Part shown: positions 59,591 to 64,000 of the stretch, piece by piece
Position numbering within the stretch: position 1 is the first letter of the stretch
Layout of the letters: the number at the start of each line of letters is the position of its first letter
From: an uncultured bacterium
GTDB lineage: Bacteria > Margulisbacteria > WOR-1 > CAVSGV01
Assembly (NCBI GenBank): GCA_963727815.1
Contig: CAVSGV010000005.1
Coordinates: 101,348 to 165,347, forward strand
Length of the DNA stretch: 64,000 nucleotides
Direction of reading: 5' to 3'
Notes under the pieces: generated by a model
What the model was told of the DNA's origin: nothing
What the model saw: the letters and a program-made list of their open reading frames with translations, nothing else
Database searches by the model: none
Position numbers and translations under genes: made by a program

Positions 59591-60781
59591 ATGAGAGAAA
59601 CAAAAGGCAATCTTCTGATAACGTTCATCCTGCTGATAGCTCTTGCAGCCGCTGTCATCGCGTTCATTTCTTTTGTAACGGTACAGATAACCGAGACCGG
59701 TTCAAAGATAACGACAGAGAACGCGTTCTATTACGCAGATGCGGGATTGAACAAGGCGGTTTGGCTCCTTGCCAATCTTCCCGCGTCCGGAGGGGTTGGT
59801 TCCACATACAGGGTCCAGGGCAGCATGGAATCCATCGGAAAGGGAGATTACCGTTATTCCATTATTAACACGACAGATTCATACGAGGTCCTGGTGGTGT
59901 CGACCGGCGAGATATCCGGCATAAAAAAAACGATCCAGCAAATGGTAAATATCGGCGGTTATCCGACAGCTTTCAAGTACGCGCTATACACGGGTATCAG
60001 CGCGACAATGAACGGCGCTGTTAATGTCGTCGGAGATACATATATCAACGGCAATACGACCATGACCGGCGCCGCTGTTCTTACCGGCAAACTATATCAT
60101 CCGGCGGGAACCACGATCAATCCAGGTTCTCAAGCGACATATACCGATGGCGGTCCGGTTAGCCCTCCGCCTGCGGACCCGATATTGGACACAACGTATT
60201 ATGATTCTTACATAGCCACTGCCAAGACCAAAACGGCGGGTGGAGTTGATTATAACTCTCCCGGAACGGTGAATTTGAACGGAGGCATAATATACGTCAA
60301 CGGCGATATCCATGTCAATGATGTGACCACGTTCAATGGCCCCGGAAAAGTGGTGGCTTCGGGGGCTATCGTATTCAATAAGACAACTACATGCAACGGC
60401 GCGCTTGAATTCATTTCTTCCACCAGCATGTACCTCAACGATATGGTAACAGCGACAAAGACCAATTTTTATTCGAACGGCGATATCACGATAAACGCCA
60501 ATACGAGATTGGATATCGGATCGTTCATCTCCGACGGGAACGTCACGTTCACGAACTCTGCTACAGTGACCGGGCTTGTCTACGCCAACAAGTCCATTCT
60601 TCTTCAGGGGAACCCCCTGATAACCGGGGTTGTGGTAGCGACCAATGCGTCGGGAGGGGCGAACAATTTCAACGGACCGGTCAAGATAGTGTACGACCAA
60701 AAAGAACTTCCGACCGACACGCCGCATGGAATTACGGGCCTGACCGTTCAAAAGGTACCCGGGACATGGATATCGTTCTGA
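59591..60781 (+). CDS. PilX-like minor pilin/pseudopilin with beta-rich body, paralog A
   Basis: KG|NLLITFILL hydrophobic helix, AFYYADAGLNKA (PilX-N motif), Gly/Asn/Thr-rich repeats. Confidence 0.75.
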   Translation: MRETKGNLLITFILLIALAAAVIAFISFVTVQITETGSKITTENAFYYADAGLNKAVWLLANLPASGGVGSTYRVQGSMESIGKGDYRYSIINTTDSYEVLVVSTGEISGIKKTIQQMVNIGGYPTAFKYALYTGISATMNGAVNVVGDTYINGNTTMTGAAVLTGKLYHPAGTTINPGSQATYTDGGPVSPPPADPILDTTYYDSYIATAKTKTAGGVDYNSPGTVNLNGGIIYVNGDIHVNDVTTFNGPGKVVASGAIVFNKTTTCNGALEFISSTSMYLNDMVTATKTNFYSNGDITINANTRLDIGSFISDGNVTFTNSATVTGLVYANKSILLQGNPLITGVVVATNASGGANNFNGPVKIVYDQKELPTDTPHGITGLTVQKVPGTWISF

Positions 60782-60813
60782 TGGATCCGATCGTTCAAAT
60801 GGAGGGGGAGTCA

Positions 60814-62004
60814 ATGAAGGCCTCAAAAGGCAATATTCTGATAACGTTCATTTTGCTGATGGCGCTTGCCGCAGCCGTTGTCGTTTTGCTCTCTTTTGTT
60901 GCCACAAAAATATCCGAGACCGGTTCCAAAATTTGGGGTCAGAACGCTTTCTATTACGCCGACGCTGGATTGAACAAGGCGGTTTGGCTACTTGCCACTC
61001 TTCCCGCTTCCGGAGGGAAGGGTTCCACATACAGGGTACAGGGCAGCATGGAATCCATTGGAAAAGGCGATTACCGTTTTTCCATATTGAACACGACGGA
61101 TTCTTACGAAGTCCTTGTTGTATCAACGGGCGAGATATACAGCCTAAAAAAAACGGTCCAGCAGATGGTCAATATCGGCGGTTATCCGGCAGCTTTCAAA
61201 TACGCTCTGTATACGGGGATAGGAGCTACAGTGAACGGCGCTGTTGATGTTGTTGGAGACTGATATATAAATGGAGATATGACCATGACCGGCGCCGCTG
61301 TGTTTTCCGGCAAGATATATCATCCGACTGGGACCGGCATTTATCCGGGTTCTCAGGCGGTATATACCGATGGCGGTGCAGTTGCTCCTGCTCCAGCAGA
61401 TCCGGGACTGGATACATCGTATTATAACTATTACATAGCTGCGGCCAAGACGCAAATTCCCGGTGAAGTGGACTATAACTCACCTCAAACGATCAATTTG
61501 GACGGCGGCATCATATATATCAATGGCGATCTGCACATCAACAGCGTTACCACGTTCAACGGTCCCGGAAAGGTGGTTGCTTCCGGCGCGATCGTATTCA
61601 ATCAGACCACGACCTGCAGCGGCGCGATCGAATTCATATCCAACACGCAGATGTCCTTCAACAATACGCTTACGGCGACCGATACGAATTTTTATTCGAA
61701 CGGCGACATCACGGTCAATGCCAATACTCGATTGGCTATCGGATCATTCATTTCTGACGGGAACATAACGTTCACGAACGCGGCGACTGTGACCGGGCTC
61801 GTATACGCGAATAAATCCGTTCTTCTTCAGAACAACCCCCAGATAACAGGCGTTGTGGTAGCCACGAACGCTTTGGGAGGAACGAACACTATCAACGGTC
61901 CGGCCAAAATAGTGTACGATGAAAAAGACCTTCCTACCGATACGCCGCACGGCATTACAGGCCTGACCGTTCAAAAGGTGCCCGGGACATGGATATCGTT
62001 CTGA
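60814..62004 (+). pseudogene. PilX-like paralog B, interrupted by one in-frame TGA (61261-61263)
   Basis: Same 1191-bp length as paralog A. ORFs 60766-61263 and 61279-62004 are in the same frame; GD*YINGD aligns to GDTYINGN in A. Confidence 0.65.
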
Positions 62005-62035
62005 TGGATACGAATATGCAACTGGAGGGAAGCCG

Positions 62036-63215
62036 ATGAAAAGTTCAAAAAGCAATCTGCTGGTAACGTTCATTTTGCTTATAGGATTGAGCGTAGCTGT
62101 CGTCGCCTTCCTTTCTTTCGTGGCCGTAAAGATAGCTGAAACGGGCATAAAATATTCTGACGAGAACGCTTTCTATTACGCCGACGCTGGGATGAACAAG
62201 GCATACTGGCTGCTTGCCACCACCGTCGGGAACGGAGGCCGGGGCACAAATTATAGGATTACCGGCAGCTACGAAGCCATCGGCAAGGGTGACTACCGCT
62301 ATTCCATCATTACCGTTTCTTCATACGAGGTCAAGATCGTCTGTACCGGTGAAACAGGCGTCTCTAAGAAAATGATCTCGCAGCACGTCAGCATCGGAGG
62401 ATACCCGCAGGCGTTCAAGTACGCTCTGTACGGCGGAGCCAATACCACATTAGTGAACAACGTTGCAGTCACAGGGAACGTTTACATAAACGGGAACCTG
62501 ACCAACGGGACCGGAGCGCTGCAGAACGTCTATCATCCTGCAGGCACGACGATATCAGGCGGCGGATCTTGGATCGAACTTAGGGGAAGCGAGTCCTGTC
62601 CCCGCCGATCCAATATTTGACAACACATATTATCAGAACCTTATCAACACGGCCGCGTCATCAGGAGGATCGGATCCGAAATACTCCGGGACGTATAACC
62701 TGAACGGACAGACAATATACGTACTAGGGGATTGTAATATAAGCGGCAACACTACCTTCACCGGTTCGGGCAGAATAGTTGCTTCCGGCGCGATACTTAT
62801 GAATAGCAACACCGTCACGGCCGCCGGCACCGTGGAGTTCATATCGAACAGTTCTACGTCCATCAACGCGCTTTTCGACTGCGGGCTTTCCACTTTTTAT
62901 AGTAACGACTGCATCACGACCAACTATTCGGGAAGGATCGACATCGGAGCCTTCATCGCGAACCATGATCTGACTTTAAGCGGTCCAAGCGGGTGTTCAA
63001 TATACGGCCTTTGCTATAGTAACAGGACCTTGACCTTCAACGGCAACCAGGCCATAGACGGCGTGGTCGTGTGCACGGACGTCGCGGCGTCAAGCAACAC
63101 TTTGAACGGTCCCGCGACCATTACTTACGATCCGAAGGAATTGCCCGCCAAATGTCCGCTTGGAGTGACCGGTCTTGTTTGCAGCAAGATACCGGGTACC
63201 TGGGAGGAGTATTAA
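62036..63215 (+). CDS. PilX-like paralog C (frameshift near 62582)
   Basis: Same N-terminal motif. Shifted frame gives SPVPADPIFDNTYY aligning to A/B; ends KIPGTWEEY. Confidence 0.7.
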
Positions 63216-63219
63216 TAGA

Positions 63220-64000
63220 TTGTCCAGCCAGCCACTTTATGTAGCTTTCGTCTGGCACATGCATCAGCCTTTCTACAAGGACCTTGTGACAGGCGAGTAC
63301 GTTCTTCCGTGGGTCCGGCTCCACGCGATAAAGGATTATTATGACATGGCCGCCATCCTCGACGATTTTCCGGACATCAAGCAGACGTTCAATCTTGTTC
63401 CCTCTCTGCTGGAACAGATAGAGGATTACGTAAAGGGAGGCGCGGCGGACAAGCACCTTTTGCTATCAAAAAAAGACCCGTCGGACCTTTCATTTGAGGA
63501 CAAGGTGTTCATGCTCCAGAATTTCTTCATGGCCAACTGGGACACGATGGTGAACCCGTACAAGAGATACCTGGAACTGCTCCTAAAAAGGGGAAGGTTC
63601 GTCTCTCTTGATGACCTGAAGAGCGTGGCGAAACGGTTTTCCGACCAGGAGCTGATGGACCTCCAGGTATGGTTCACTCTTACCTGGTTCGGCCATATTT
63701 ACAAGACAAAAGACGCGGTGATAAAAGATCTCATCGCAAAAGGCAGGGATTTCTCTCCGGAAGACAAAGCGGCCCTGTTCGCCAAACAGAACGAACTTAT
63801 GGCGAACGTCATTCCCAAGTACAAGGAACTCCAGCAAAAAAAACAGATCGAGCTTTCCGTCACGCCGTATTACCATCCCATACTTCCTCTTGTCATCGAC
63901 ACCAACACCGCCAAGGAGGCTTTGCCGGGCATCGCTCTGCCGCAGCAGAGGTTCCGTCATCCCGAAGATGCCCAGTTCCAGGTCCGCGAAGCGGTCAAAT
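63220..64000 (+). CDS. Glycoside hydrolase family 57 protein, 3' truncated
   Basis: TTG start after SD ggagg; WHMHQPFY, LPWVRLHA.KDY, FNLVPSLLEQI, PYYHPILPL. Confidence 0.9.
   Translation, partial: MSSQPLYVAFVWHMHQPFYKDLVTGEYVLPWVRLHAIKDYYDMAAILDDFPDIKQTFNLVPSLLEQIEDYVKGGAADKHLLLSKKDPSDLSFEDKVFMLQNFFMANWDTMVNPYKRYLELLLKRGRFVSLDDLKSVAKRFSDQELMDLQVWFTLTWFGHIYKTKDAVIKDLIAKGRDFSPEDKAALFAKQNELMANVIPKYKELQQKKQIELSVTPYYHPILPLVIDTNTAKEALPGIALPQQRFRHPEDAQFQVREAVK

Noticed and set aside
61261-61263. UGA reassignment (genetic code 25) or selenocysteine
   Set aside because: Many genes here end at TGA with the next gene overlapping, so TGA is a stop. The aligned residues are Thr/Val, and no distinct SECIS hairpin is visible.

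Overview
Gene-dense (nearly all + strand) bacterial chromosomal segment from a diderm. The Firmicute-like gene orders (rpmB/recG-rsmD-coaD, mreBCD-pbp2) together with L/P-ring genes suggest a Terrabacteria-type candidate lineage such as Margulisbacteria/Saganbacteria; this is inference only. Contents in order: thiL (partial), M20 peptidase, NUDIX, xerD, M50 protease, folC, an ORFan, SPOR protein, mreBCD-mrdA, rplY and an orphan membrane protein. Next is a ~13 kb flagellar-type cluster (fliK-like, flhB-C-like, flgF-G-A, panD, flgH-I-J, fliA-like, flgB-C, fliE-F-G-H-I-J). Then come rpmB, recG-rsmD-coaD-rph, a ~22 kb surface-glycan locus, trmH-pheST-mutS, three tandem PilX-like paralogs and a partial GH57. 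The strongest lead is that the flagellar genes look streamlined towards a non-rotating machine. FliG has no C-terminal torque domain and an altered EHPQ motif, FliF lacks the beta-collar, FlgB and FlgI are internally shortened, and no hook, filament, C-ring, stator or export-gate genes are in the window. A second theme is several transposase-less palindromic elements. One is a two-hairpin unit present twice with compensatory changes, and another AT-rich inverted repeat appears to encode the near-identical signal peptides of FlgH and FlgI. Caveat: eight single frameshifts, including in mreB and pheT, look like read/assembly indel errors, so single-base observations need read-level confirmation. 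All family assignments are from motif recognition, not database searches.
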